NCBI GenBank assembly: GCA_977018835.1
Contig: OZ361260.1
Location: 2,232,001-2,296,000 of the forward strand
Direction: 5' to 3'
DNA from: Minutocellus sp. GHC0000111
Lineage: Eukaryota
DNA: 64,000 nucleotides
Shown here: positions 22,479 to 33,964 of the stretch, in pieces
Position numbering within the stretch: the stretch's first letter is position 1
Layout: the number at the start of each line of letters is the position of its first letter
The notes under the pieces: model-generated
The model's input: the letters and a program-made list of their open reading frames with translations, nothing else
Database searches by the model: none
Told to the model about the DNA's origin: nothing
Made by a program: the position numbers and the translations under genes

Positions 22479-25400
22479 CTAACCGCGGGCAAAGGACGTT
22501 AACATCTCAACGATGTGGCTTGCGGCTGCATCTACATCGACGCTAGTGCGCCCATTTACCACAATGTGCAGAGGCTCCCTATGATTTCCTTGATGGCCCC
22601 AGACCTTGATCTCAACACCAAAACGATGCTCAATTCTTTCTTGCGATGATCCGCGTGGACCAACAATGTGATTGTATAAGTCACAATAAGGATACTGCTC
22701 GACTGGCGGCCACAAGGTAGTTGTCCAGAATGTCCTTTCGCCGAACCCGGCAGGTTGAGCTGGATCGAAATTGAAAGGATTATGCGAGGAATCATGGTAG
22801 GAGTGAGGACCTTGGTGGTTATGCCAATATTGCTGCTCTTGTTGGCAATGTTGCTGGAAATGATGCGGATTGTGACCAGCTGCTGCTGCATGTGTGGCGC
22901 GGCTTTGAGGTCTCGGGCCACTGTGGGCATTTGGTCGAACCGCGGCCTCACGTAGTATTTTCGAAATATAGTTGCCTGCTTCTTCCACCTTGATCCTTGA
23001 TTTATCGCGAATACTAATGTGTGCAGGATATCGGCGCAGGTCGGGAAAATTCTCCATTTCACCTCCCTCAATTCGAATTTTGCAGTTGAGCATTCTGCTC
23101 AGTTCAGCATTCTTTCTTCCGCCTGGTCCGATGATAATGTCTGCAGCAGCTTTCTCTGTACACAGCAAACGAAGGTGAAGCACCCATTTATTACCATCCC
23201 AGTAACATTTCTCAAAGATCCTTTCTGACGCCTCTGTGGGGAATGGCATTGACATTTCATGGAGCGTCTCTGCCACGTACTCCGCTGCGGCCAAGGTCGA
23301 TGCTCTTTCTCTGCCATTGATTGCCACGTGCAGAGGCATGCTTTCATTTTCTTTGATAATAAAGATTCTATTGAGACTGAATCTTCGTGCCAGTATTTCC
23401 CTTGCCATCCCACCTCTACAAACCAAGAGACCAAAGAGATCGCTGTCTCCAATCGGATGCGGAGACCGTATCTTGACCACCCATTTCCCTCCCTCGAAAA
23501 AGGGGCCACCCATTATCAAGTCTTTACCCTCGACGCTGGCGCGATCAGCGGCAGGCCCAATCTTCTTCGGCTCGGAGTAGTTGTTTTCAGTGTTTCGGGA
23601 CTGATTGGATGGCTTTGGTTGGGTATCTTGCACAGCCTTTGCATCGTGAAATAATTTGGCAGTGTGATCGTGGTGGGCTTCTGGATCTTGCGAGTGTTTC
23701 GATGGACGAGACAGAGGACGACTGGCAGAATCGGTCTGCACTCGATCCTTGACTGGATTAATATCAATTATCTCGGCAATATGCTGGGCAGCAAGAGATA
23801 CGTCTTCTTTGTTATTTCCTCCCACTTCAACGCGCAATGGACCCTCGCTTTGCCTCCCAGTTTTGAGTCGGATACCTTTGCCGCGGATGCTGAAGAAAAT
23901 ACGGCTGAAAGAATGTTCCAGTCTCTTCTTGTTCTCACCTCCATCGCCAACAATGCGTTCAAATAAATCAGTTTCTGGTAGTGGAGAAATGACATCGCAT
24001 TGCCAATGAGAACCTCCGTCCTTTTCTACCCAAATAGGATCGCGCACAAGCCCCCGTGACTGTTCTCGAGCACTGCCGGCACTGCCAATTTGTGGTTGTG
24101 GGTCTTCTTCGATTGGCGGGCTCCATCCACGCTCGACCGGCTCTTTTGCTGCTGCGGCCAAGGAGGCGGCGCCACCCTCTGCTGCCGTCGGCCCTGTCTT
24201 GAGCTTCTTCGTTGGTGAAGCCAAATCCGATCTCGCCGATGCTCTTGAAGGAGACGGCTCAGCCTTCTTGCGAACCTGCCGTACGACGCGCAGCTTCCGC
24301 ATTAGCGTGTCCTTTTCCTTGCCATCATAGCACTTGTTCACCAACATATGGATCACAACCTTGGCCGCATCGTGCACCTTGCGCTCGGAGCCCTGAATCA
24401 TGATGCATTTATCTCCGACCTTGTATGAGATCGGGCCGAGTTTAGAGAATGATCCCACCACAGACGAAGTGACGGCGTCATCTAAACCCAAAATAGATAT
24501 GATAACTCCGAATTTGGTCTGCATCCGTTGGTTGATTTTGTTGTCTGAACCGACAAGTGCTCCCTTGACCTTGCTGACATCCACTGTGTCTAGGATATCG
24601 ATGCGACGGACGACCTCCTCGGCGATGGCATTACTCGAGGCAACGCTGATGCTCCCATCGGTTGGCATCGGTGAAAGCGTGGAAGAGCCTCCATCGTCGG
24701 CATCGAGCTGTGCTGGGCGTTTCCTAGAACCTGTATTGTCGAAGGCAATGGAGGCAACTGGGGGATCTTTGGAAGTTGATTTCAACGAGCCATCCTCATC
24801 AGCGGGAATCATATGCGGATGAGGATTATTATTGATTGCCCGATTGTCTTGGTAACCGTCTTGGCCGAGCTCTTTACTTTCGACGGTAAGAGCCCGATAT
24901 CGAACAGAATCCACCGGGACGGTCGACTGAATGTTGTCCCAGGAATCGCTGAGACCATGCATCACATCCAATAGGTAGTAATTGCTGCCGCCCGATACCC
25001 CTCCCCCGACGCAAGAAATAATGGAGGCGTCTCGAGTATCACCACCGCCGCCGTCGGTTACAAAGGGCGGCAACGCTGAAGCATTCACCGTCACGGTGCA
25101 CCCAGGCGCATACTTGAGGGCAGATTCCGCGGCCGAACGCAGTTCTGTAGCTGCTTCTGCGGGTGCCGCCGAGCTGGGCCGGACTCGATAAAAATTATCG
25201 CGGGTCGTCGAGCCTAGGTCGATGTACACGCTGTGGACCTGGCCGAGATACGTCTGGGGAGATGCATGCGCAGCAGAGGTTTCGCTATCGCCACTACTAC
25301 CAGAAACTAGAACCGGACATCCGGGAGGAAAGGGCGCTAATGCCGCCTGATTGTCGGGGAGGGTCAGGTGGGAGGGATTGTCACCGCCGGACTCGGCCAT
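22479..25400 (-). CDS. Multi-KH-domain RNA-binding protein, paralog A
   Basis: 973-aa ORF with repeated KH-like units (IVGDGGENKKRLE, IIGPGGRKNAELS, IVGPRGSSQERIEHRFGVEIKV...PLHIVVNG). Confidence 0.8.
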   Translation of the reverse strand: MAESGGDNPSHLTLPDNQAALAPFPPGCPVLVSGSSGDSETSAAHASPQTYLGQVHSVYIDLGSTTRDNFYRVRPSSAAPAEAATELRSAAESALKYAPGCTVTVNASALPPFVTDGGGGDTRDASIISCVGGGVSGGSNYYLLDVMHGLSDSWDNIQSTVPVDSVRYRALTVESKELGQDGYQDNRAINNNPHPHMIPADEDGSLKSTSKDPPVASIAFDNTGSRKRPAQLDADDGGSSTLSPMPTDGSISVASSNAIAEEVVRRIDILDTVDVSKVKGALVGSDNKINQRMQTKFGVIISILGLDDAVTSSVVGSFSKLGPISYKVGDKCIMIQGSERKVHDAAKVVIHMLVNKCYDGKEKDTLMRKLRVVRQVRKKAEPSPSRASARSDLASPTKKLKTGPTAAEGGAASLAAAAKEPVERGWSPPIEEDPQPQIGSAGSAREQSRGLVRDPIWVEKDGGSHWQCDVISPLPETDLFERIVGDGGENKKRLEHSFSRIFFSIRGKGIRLKTGRQSEGPLRVEVGGNNKEDVSLAAQHIAEIIDINPVKDRVQTDSASRPLSRPSKHSQDPEAHHDHTAKLFHDAKAVQDTQPKPSNQSRNTENNYSEPKKIGPAADRASVEGKDLIMGGPFFEGGKWVVKIRSPHPIGDSDLFGLLVCRGGMAREILARRFSLNRIFIIKENESMPLHVAINGRERASTLAAAEYVAETLHEMSMPFPTEASERIFEKCYWDGNKWVLHLRLLCTEKAAADIIIGPGGRKNAELSRMLNCKIRIEGGEMENFPDLRRYPAHISIRDKSRIKVEEAGNYISKILREAAVRPNAHSGPRPQSRATHAAAAGHNPHHFQQHCQQEQQYWHNHQGPHSYHDSSHNPFNFDPAQPAGFGERTFWTTTLWPPVEQYPYCDLYNHIVGPRGSSQERIEHRFGVEIKVWGHQGNHREPLHIVVNGRTSVDVDAAASHIVEMLTSFARG

Positions 25401-26226
25401 TTTTTGTTTTTCTTAGCAGTGACGAATGGGGACTGGGGTCGGTCGAGCCGGTGATGGTACTCGTACGTGCAGCACGTTTTATGATGGAATCAATGACACA
25501 CAGAAATCGAAAGGATAACGACAATATTAAAATAAAAGCGGTGTATTCGTCGAAGAGGGGGAGAGGCCGAGAGAGAGAATCAGCAAACAAATCGGGCTCT
25601 ACTCGTGTCGATATGCATCTCTAATTTCGCATCTCTAATTTCTCCTTGACGAGTGAGAGCAGTCACAACAGAAACGAAAAAAATCAAAGCGGAAAAAGGG
25701 GCTGGCGGGCGCGGGAGAGCATCTCAGGCGAATCGTTCGACTCAAAATAACAGGTTATTGTACCTAAAGTAATTGATACTCATTTTATCAATAAGTGACA
25801 TTGTCAAAGTAAATCGTAGCATAAGTATTTAGCACAAGTGCCAAACCCGTTGACGTGCCAGCTCAGTCGTCCGAAAGTCGATTTTTTGGCCTGTCCTCCG
25901 CACCTTGTCCTCCAAAGAAGGCACCAGCTGTCATTTTTGGCGCCACTTCAGCAGGAAGATCTTCACCACAAAGTTCTCTTGGGAGGTTGGGAAGAAGGGC
26001 ATTTGGGTTTTGCCTCTCTCTTTCTTTCACCTCTCTTTGTCCAAAGACTAACCTCGCTCATTCTCTGGGAAATCTCCCACCATCACCTATCATCGTACTA
26101 CTTCTCAAGGGCTCTCCGACCAGCACATCCGGCGCAGGCTCCAGTACACAAAGTCCCCAGGTCCTCCACCAAATCTTTCGACCCTTTTGAGAGCAATCGC
26201 ACAAACTAGGATTTGCACTCATCGCG

Positions 26227-29200
26227 ATGATGTCCGCACCGCCAAACTCTCAGGCCAGACGTACTCCCGCCGATGGTGATGCACCTTGTGTCGACCGCCA
26301 GCAGCTGGTCAATGGTGGAGAATCGCCGCCGACCGCCAAAGGCGCCACCGCCGGTCCGTCCGCCGCCAAGACCAATACCAGCACAACCACCGACGAAATG
26401 CCCGTGGTTGCAAACAACGACGACACTTCCAAGGCAATCGGTACCATCAATGCAATGCTCCTCTCGTCATCCGGCAATGTGACGGCGCCGCCGGCCAAAA
26501 GTAGCGCCGCCCGTACCGACCCGTCCCCGTCGGCCTCGTCCGAGGAGGAGGAGTGGCACTCGGCCTCGTCCCGCCTCCAGCGCACTCCGTACTCCGACTG
26601 TGGATCGGCACTATCTTCCTCTTCGTCGTCCTTCTATGCCACGCCTGGTACCACCGGAACGGATGGCACAACTACCAAGGCCATTAACCAGACCAAGAAT
26701 GGCGGTAGCAACAATACAGCCGGCGACTTGTCGTCGTCATCGGCTACGTCCTCATCCTCATCGGACAAAATTTCCGACGCGAGGAAGAAGTTGCAGTGGA
26801 CCCCGCCTCCCAGTGCCGACAACAAGGTGAGTTATTAAGGACCTGGAGGGAATGCATCACATATCTAGCTAGAGAAATGTGATTAGCAGGTGACCATGTA
26901 TGTCCATGTAGGCCTATGTGACTTGAATGCGAGGTGCCTTGTGCGGATATGTCAATTATCTCTTCATCCAGAATGGTGTTGATTCTTGCATTTGTAGTTT
27001 TGTTTATACGAGTAAATGTCCTTGAATGCCGCGTTCATCTCATGCATGGAGAGCAAATCACGTGACATACATACACTCACCGCATCCTTACACTCCCATC
27101 TACTTATCCTCTCTCATGCTTTCCATCTTTCGTCTGATCAGCAGTGGGCCAGGCTCGGTCTTCCGATTGACGATTCCAAGGATGGTCCCACGGCCACTGC
27201 TGCCGGTACTGCCAAGGGACGCAGCCGCAGCAGTAGCTTCGATACCGGGTCGGGATCAGCCCAGCACCATCCATCGACCAAGAGGACCAAGACGAGCAAG
27301 GGTTCATCGCCGGGGTCGTCGTCGGGGCCATCCCTCTCATCGTCCATGAGAATTCCCAGGAAGACCAAGAAGGTCCCCAAGAAGAAGGTCCTCCTTGGCA
27401 ACCTTCAGCGTTCTCTCGACCGAGCCTTGGCCAGCCCGCGCGATATGTATGGCTCTCCCGACGATCTGAACGTCGTGGAGGAAAAGGCTGGAATTATCGG
27501 TATGTCCTCGACCGCTGCCGCCACCGCCACCGCCAAGACCAATGACGCAGAGGTAGCCGATGTCACCGAGTCCACCAAGGCCGACGAAGTGAAGGAAAAG
27601 TCCAGTAATGGCACTGGTACTACCAGCGGTATCGAGTCATTCATGCCCAGACAGGTTGTCCTCATGGATGCTGCTCAAAAAGCTCCCAACGACGCTGAAA
27701 GTTATACTGCTGGTAGTGGTAGTGGAAGCACCACATCTCCTATTATACCTACGCCCATGCCGCCAACCCACCCTAGTACGTCAAAGTCTACGCCACGCAA
27801 TCCGGGCAATCATCTCGAACGAAGAATGAATGGGCGCCGCGATACAATGTATGTACCCGGTGGCGGGGCGCTCCTTCAGCCAGATGATGCAAACAACGGT
27901 AGTGGCGTTGCTCCAAACAACGATGATGTTGGGTCTTCACCTGCAAATTTGCTGACTCTTCCTAACTCCCACACGAAGGACGCCACTTTCCCACCATCGT
28001 GCCCCGTGCTGGTCTATGGCCATGCCGTAGCATCCGTATTGACCGGGAGGGTTGCGAGTGTCTGCATCGACATTTCGCCTGGTAGCGATAGGGCCTTCCT
28101 CTACTGCGTCAAGCCGGTTCTTGCTATTCCCGGTGTGCCTTCCAAGATCACCGTGGCCGAATCTAAAATGCGCTTCGCTCCGGATTGTCCCGTTGTTGTT
28201 ACCTTGAACGGAAGTAGTTCCAATGGTATTGTTAGGTCGATGATTGAACTCGATGAGGGCAGTGGCCATGTTACGATGTACACAGTCCATCTACTCAATG
28301 TAAATGGGTCGCCAGGTAGTACCCTCCGCCATGGCGTCACCCCCCAGGAGCTCAAGTTCCGACCTAACAGTGATGTGGAAGTCATGGGTGTACTGACAGA
28401 CCCATCCAACAGGGTTTTTTCTTCCTCCAAGAAGGACGAGTGTGCCAATTCAATGGTCGAGCCTTTTGGACGAGATGAAACCAAGTACTATGGTACTTCC
28501 GATGAAAAAGGAGAGATCGCTGACGATACGGAGAATCGTATGGCAATCAAGACCTCTGAGTATGATGTCTACAAGCAGCCGCAAGACGGACTTCCCAAAA
28601 CGACCAATAAGACGAACAAATTCGAGGAAGATGGCTCTATCCTTGGTGGTAGTACTCGATCGCAGAGGAGCAGTGGCTCTTTCTCATTCGACATCAAGAC
28701 CAGATCCAACACAAACGATGTTGCTATCGCCGTTGGTATCGTCAATGGCCTGGATTTGGGTAATGTTCGAGGTAAGTAAGGAGCTGAATGATCAGGTTTG
28801 ATTCCCAATCATTCATACTTACCTACAGGTGCTAGGTGTGTGGAATTCTTATAGCTGCATTTTATATTGTTTCTTTCCCCTCCCCTTGGGCCCACAGAGA
28901 AACTCTACGGGGCAGACAAGTCAACGAAAGGATGGAGAAGGCCCTCGAAGTGAAGGTCACTATCGTTGGGAGAGACTTCGATTACCCTGATCCTTCTGTC
29001 CAATGTGAAGACGATTGGGCTTTCGTCGATGGACCCTACGTCCTCGTCAGAGGAACTCGCAAGTGTGTCCGGAAGGCCGTCAAGGTAGTTTCTCATATCC
29101 TTTGTGATACAGCCTTCGATGGCACGGACAAAGACCGTCTCAAGAAAGATATCGCCGCGGCTACTGTCCAGTGCGCCATTGTTTCTGGCCAATCGACCAA

Positions 29201-29978
29201 AGTTCATGGCGACTATGCTGATAGGCACTTCACTAGAACAAGCGGCGAAGCATCTTTTTATTCCTCGATGCATGAGAATGCCGAGTTTCCCTCTCAACTC
29301 AATAGCTCAAACTACGACTACACCTACCGCATCAACTTCCCTTCTTGGATGAACAGCAGCCTGGTCGTCGGCCGCATTGTCGGAAAGAAGGGCCAGCACG
29401 TCAAGAAACTCTGCGAACGGTTTCACTGCAGTATCGACACCTTTGGAGCCTCGACCGCTCGGCCTCGTGAGCACCCTGACGACGAAGATGAACTTCCCTA
29501 CCTCGTATGCATTATCTCTGGCCCCAACAGAGACCAAATCGACGAGTGCCGTCTCTACATCGAATCTATTGCAATGAACTCAACCGAGCCCGAATTGCGT
29601 GGTAGATTTGCATATGATCTGGCTGTTTCGACTGACGTGGGCTACAGCGATCACTATTGCTACTACAACAGCCCTCGCGATGGAAGTATTATAGTCCCTG
29701 CTGTCTGGCCCCATTCCGGTGACGGAAGTCAAAAGTACATGACGTGCATCGATATTACACCTGGGGTTGTGGAAGCACCAGAGGAGACCATTGGTGACCT
29801 TGAGGAGCTAGGGCATCATTACTACTGTGTTATTCATCTGTGGGGAAGCGTTGAAGAGCCCCACCTTCACATTGTCGCTGACTCATACGAGGACGCCCAA
29901 GCTGTCGCCAACGAAATCTACCGCCGTCTTACCGGGACGTCAAGGAACAGTGGCACCGAGGAGGGCATTGCCGAATGA
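26227..29978 (+). CDS. KH-domain protein, paralog B; exons about 26227-26826, 27142-28771, 28898/28900-29978
   Basis: KH motif VVGRIVGKKGQHVKKLCERFHCSIDT. It shares the FPPSCPVLV...G.V.SV.ID...FAPDCPVVV module and the NERM..KV.I.G segment with paralog A. Donors GTGAGT at 26827 and GTAAGT at 28772. Confidence 0.72.
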
Positions 29979-30536
29979 GTACTATGAATGATTCTCACAG
30001 ACATCTGCTCAACGAGCCTACCCAACAAACTAGTAACACATGCTCAACGCACTATGTCCAAGGCGAAAGAAAATAAACCAACCATTGCGACAAGGCACAG
30101 AGCACTTTCACACCCACTTCACTTCACAATCACCATCTATCTTCACGACCTACCTAGGCACCACCACATCACCATACAAACCAAAAGCAAAAAAAGAAGC
30201 ACCATCATTTACATTTGATTCGACTTTACCGCTACACGCTATACATAGTGACCATGCAAACGAAATATGGCATTTTCAAAGCAATCGGTCACTTTGATAG
30301 CCTGGGGCTTCTACGTTTCAATCTGCTGAGTTATTTGCAATGGTTACCTTGTTTTTCTTTCGCCCAGGGAAGACGCACTCAATTCCACGGGAAATAGAGT
30401 GGACATCGGGGCGGTACTGGAAAGAACACAAAAGGTAATGACAAAGCACGTCAAGAAACATTGAGGCAACTTTAGGAAGCATAAAAGGGTTTACATAATA
30501 TTATCATATCATTCAATCTTCGTCTCCTCCTACTAG

Positions 30537-31355
30537 CTAGCAGCCAATTTTACTTCCGGGAGAATGCCCACCTCCTGCACCACACGTAGCACCATTAGCA
30601 TTGTGCCTTGGCAAATCTTGAAGCGCTCTCGTTTCTTCCCTCGCTGCTTCCAGTAACGAAAGGACCTCTTGAATCATTTCTGTTCTTTCGGCAAAAAGTA
30701 TTTCAATCGTCTCGATTAGAATATTGCCCTCAACGAGAGCACTCTGGCCGTCTTCAGCTACATCTATGTCGCGCAAATTTGTATTGATGTTGGCCATTTG
30801 TCTCAAAAGGGGGAGGTTAATCGGCATCTTGGGTTGTTCGGGAGCATTGGCGGCGGAGACCAACGGAGAAATGGGATTGTCATTGCTGGCATCATTAGTT
30901 GTAGAGGTAGACGAACATACCGACTCATCGAGAATGTCTGCCATTTCTCCTAATAGCCTGGAAACTTGCTCAATTGCTTCGCATTCAGTTTCACTTTGGG
31001 TGGAGTTGTTTTGTTCGTTGAGAGTAGCTGTTGGGCAAGGGACAATGGAATTGGTGATGCATTGGTCGGTATCGTTATTCTTCTGCCCACCGACGTTTTG
31101 CGTCGCTCCAACATGTATCATTTCATGTGCTCCCTCGTCGGAGGGACAGTTTGTTGAGTCTATTGAGCTATTCTCTACTTCTTCTTGGTCTACTTCGGAT
31201 CCTAGTGGCGACAAAGACTCGTCCTCCAATGATGTCAATTTGCCCAGTCCAAGGAATGTTGTCTTTGCAAGTGCAAGATTGGCAGCCTTGTCGTTTCGGG
31301 GCGTCGTGTTGCCATTATTGTCCGCTATCGTGGTGGATACTTTGTTCGTATGCAT
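30537..31355 (-). CDS. Hypothetical acidic protein with C-terminal helical segment
   Basis: 272-aa ATG-initiated ORF occupying an otherwise empty interval; no family recognised. Confidence 0.6.
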   Translation of the reverse strand: MHTNKVSTTIADNNGNTTPRNDKAANLALAKTTFLGLGKLTSLEDESLSPLGSEVDQEEVENSSIDSTNCPSDEGAHEMIHVGATQNVGGQKNNDTDQCITNSIVPCPTATLNEQNNSTQSETECEAIEQVSRLLGEMADILDESVCSSTSTTNDASNDNPISPLVSAANAPEQPKMPINLPLLRQMANINTNLRDIDVAEDGQSALVEGNILIETIEILFAERTEMIQEVLSLLEAAREETRALQDLPRHNANGATCGAGGGHSPGSKIGC

Positions 31356-31602
31356 TGCGTGATGGTGTATTCTCTAATATTGGTGGATGTGTGGCTGGGA
31401 GGTTCCGGAGATTGGACGCGTGACATTTTTCCTCATCTTGACCCCCTGCGCACATCGCGCACATCACCACAAAACTCAAAATCGTAGAAGAGGCCACCAC
31501 CCAGCGGAGCCGAGTCGAGCCGGACCAAGCTTCTCCTTTTACATTCGCAGTATGTATTAATCATCCTTCCCTGCAACATATATTCGTCTTGGATCTGGAG
31601 GC

Positions 31603-32214
31603 ATGGGTGCCGAAAGCATTCTTTATCATGCTCGCATGCGGGTACTGCAATCACGCAAGGGGTCTGGACCAAATGCTCAAGGGTTTCTGCCCCGCCTACA
31701 CACACGGCAGCCATGCGCAAAGGAAAAGATCGTGCCCCCAAAGGAAGTCTTGCCCAGGGACAGAGCCTTCCGGTACGCCTACCTCAAAAACCACCAACCA
31801 AGTGGCATAAGAAGAATTCCGTCTCTCCAAAAACCGCCAGACCCAGCGAGAGAGGAAATAGTGGACAGGATTCGAGCCGAGGAAAGGGCTAAAACGGATC
31901 AAGCGGCGAGGGCAAAGGCGGAGAAAGAGGCAGCAGCAGCTGCTGCTACTGCCGTCGCCTCCAAACCAGCGAAATCAAAGAAATCGCCCACCAGGTTGCC
32001 CCGCACTCAAATGAATGCTCCAACATCTATCACGTCACTACCGCCGGTGATGGGATATGCGATGCCCACAGAATCTAGATGGTCCAACGATGGCGCTTCC
32101 AGTAGCGAAGAGGAAGATGGTGGGTCGTTCGCCTTTTTGTCTGAGTGGTCATCCCTTTCGTCAACTTCGCAACCAGTAGCTAAAAAACGACAACAACTTC
32201 CGGCATTGAGATGA
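31603..32214 (+). CDS. Hypothetical basic protein
   Basis: 203-aa ORF with an Ala/Lys/Glu-rich helical stretch; no family recognised. Confidence 0.55.
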   Translation: MGAESILYHARMRVLQSRKGSGPNAQGFLPRLHTRQPCAKEKIVPPKEVLPRDRAFRYAYLKNHQPSGIRRIPSLQKPPDPAREEIVDRIRAEERAKTDQAARAKAEKEAAAAAATAVASKPAKSKKSPTRLPRTQMNAPTSITSLPPVMGYAMPTESRWSNDGASSSEEEDGGSFAFLSEWSSLSSTSQPVAKKRQQLPALR

Positions 32215-32305
32215 TACCATTCAGCAGAAAAACTTGATCGGGACAATTAAGACGTATCGTAAAATAGTGTAGGCAGGCTCGTACAGAGGTACTCTAGCTA
32301 GCTGC

Positions 32306-33396
32306 TCAAAGATATCGGCTCGTCAGCTCATACATTGTAGAGTATGTAGTGAGTGTTATGGCAGCCGATGGTGCTCCACGTCCAAACGCAAGTTGCCACC
32401 CCCTCAACAGCAAGGTGCAGGTTCGCGCCAGACCATCTCGCTCGATCGACAGAAAAAGAATTTCCCTTGCGGACGAAGCCCCTCCTGTCTGAACAATGGC
32501 CTTTAGAGTATCGAGCGGAAGTGCAAATAGCCAGTACCCCCAACCAGCACAGGCACCCGCCGCCAAAAAGGTCGCTTTGGATTCTCTTCCCCCCAAATGC
32601 GGCCCAAGATATCGCCTTCCCAGTTCGTTCATTAAAATGAAACCGCCGCAGCCCAGCGAATCTCGCAGGACGGTAACTCCCGTTCCCCTCCAAAGGCCCA
32701 ATATTCCATTTTCTCGCAGCGTTTGACGGATAATGTCGACGGGAGTTTCATCTTTCGCCTCATGGCCTCACTGCTCGTGCCCTCTGCCGTCGATACTCGG
32801 GAGTGCATGGCAATTTGCTGATTGCGGACAAACTCGACAGGCGAAACAAATGCCGTTCCATTGACACATCCGCCACAAACACCGCAGAACCAAATGTCCA
32901 ACAAAGTTGGGGTGTACGTGTCACCTCCTTTCCTCGTCTTGTAGTCCTTGATTTTGCTCATTGTTACATTGTTGACGGTGAACACACACGCCTTGTAGAC
33001 CGCCTGGGCACCGAGTACGGGCGTAACTCCCGTGTAGAGTGCCCGAATGCCACCATTTCGGAATGTATTCACCAACACCGACAGAGGTCGTATGGGTTTG
33101 TTCGTGCTCGTACCAGCGGCACCAGCACTGCCGTTACTTCTAATGCCGGAAGTGCCACCACTATTTGACGGAGAAAATGCCGCCGACTGTATCTTGGTTC
33201 GCAACACATCCGTCGGATGGAATAGACACGTGCTGGCAATTCCCGCAATGCTTCCCGAGAGGATCGATTTGAGTGCAATGTTGTTGGCGCCTTCCGGACG
33301 CTGTTGCTGTTGCTTGCGAGAATGAGTTGGTCTTGGCGGGATTTTGCTGTTTCTGGTTTTGACGGCGCCACCATCAGCAGTACTCGTTGTGCTCAT
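32306..33396 (-). CDS. Mitochondrial carrier (SLC25) family protein with an apparent 1-nt frameshift near 32746-32748
   Basis: Three carrier signatures PTDVLRTK, PVEFVRNQ and PLDTLKAI. Adding one A at ATGAAA(A)CTCCC joins the two ORFs as MKTPVDIIRQTLRENGILGLWRG. Confidence 0.88.
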
Positions 33397-33964
33397 GCCG
33401 ATTGCTCGTTATCACCAATGATATGAACTACTTGAGCTAGCGGCGTCTGTTGATATGCGGGGCGACAACGACGAAAGAGAGCAAGGACGCAACTGATAGC
33501 GGCGTGACGCAGAATACCTAGGTACGATGCTTCTGCGTGCCGACTTGGCTCTTGGCTCGAGTTGGGACGGAGGGCAGACCGTCGCGTCAATACTGCGAAC
33601 GAATGCGAACCCTACCAGTACCGGGACTGCGAACCCTCAGTGCAGGCCCGCAATCATACCCGCATGATTTGTTACCGCCGATACTTGAGATTGATGCGGT
33701 CCAATCTTCTCTGGCCGCAAAAGCGAACTCAAATTCATCGCCCTCTCCGTCACTTTTGATCATAAAACGGTCAACACCATCGGCTCTTCATCATTCTTCA
33801 CACGAATCAATCGAGAAGAAGCAAAGCATATCTCGTGCTCGTTTGCCAACACAACTTTGATCGTACAGTATCGATCGTCGTCAACTCCAACTCCAAAGTG
33901 AAAGTAGACCCCATCTATCTGGTCTCAATCCATTCAAATCGCCCAAACGCACACACAACCAAAA

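Noticed and set aside
33664..33759. Possible regulatory uORF (MICYRRYLRL...) upstream of ODC
   Set aside because: The TSS is unknown, the ORF may lie in the divergent promoter, and it resembles no polyamine-responsive uORF I can recognise
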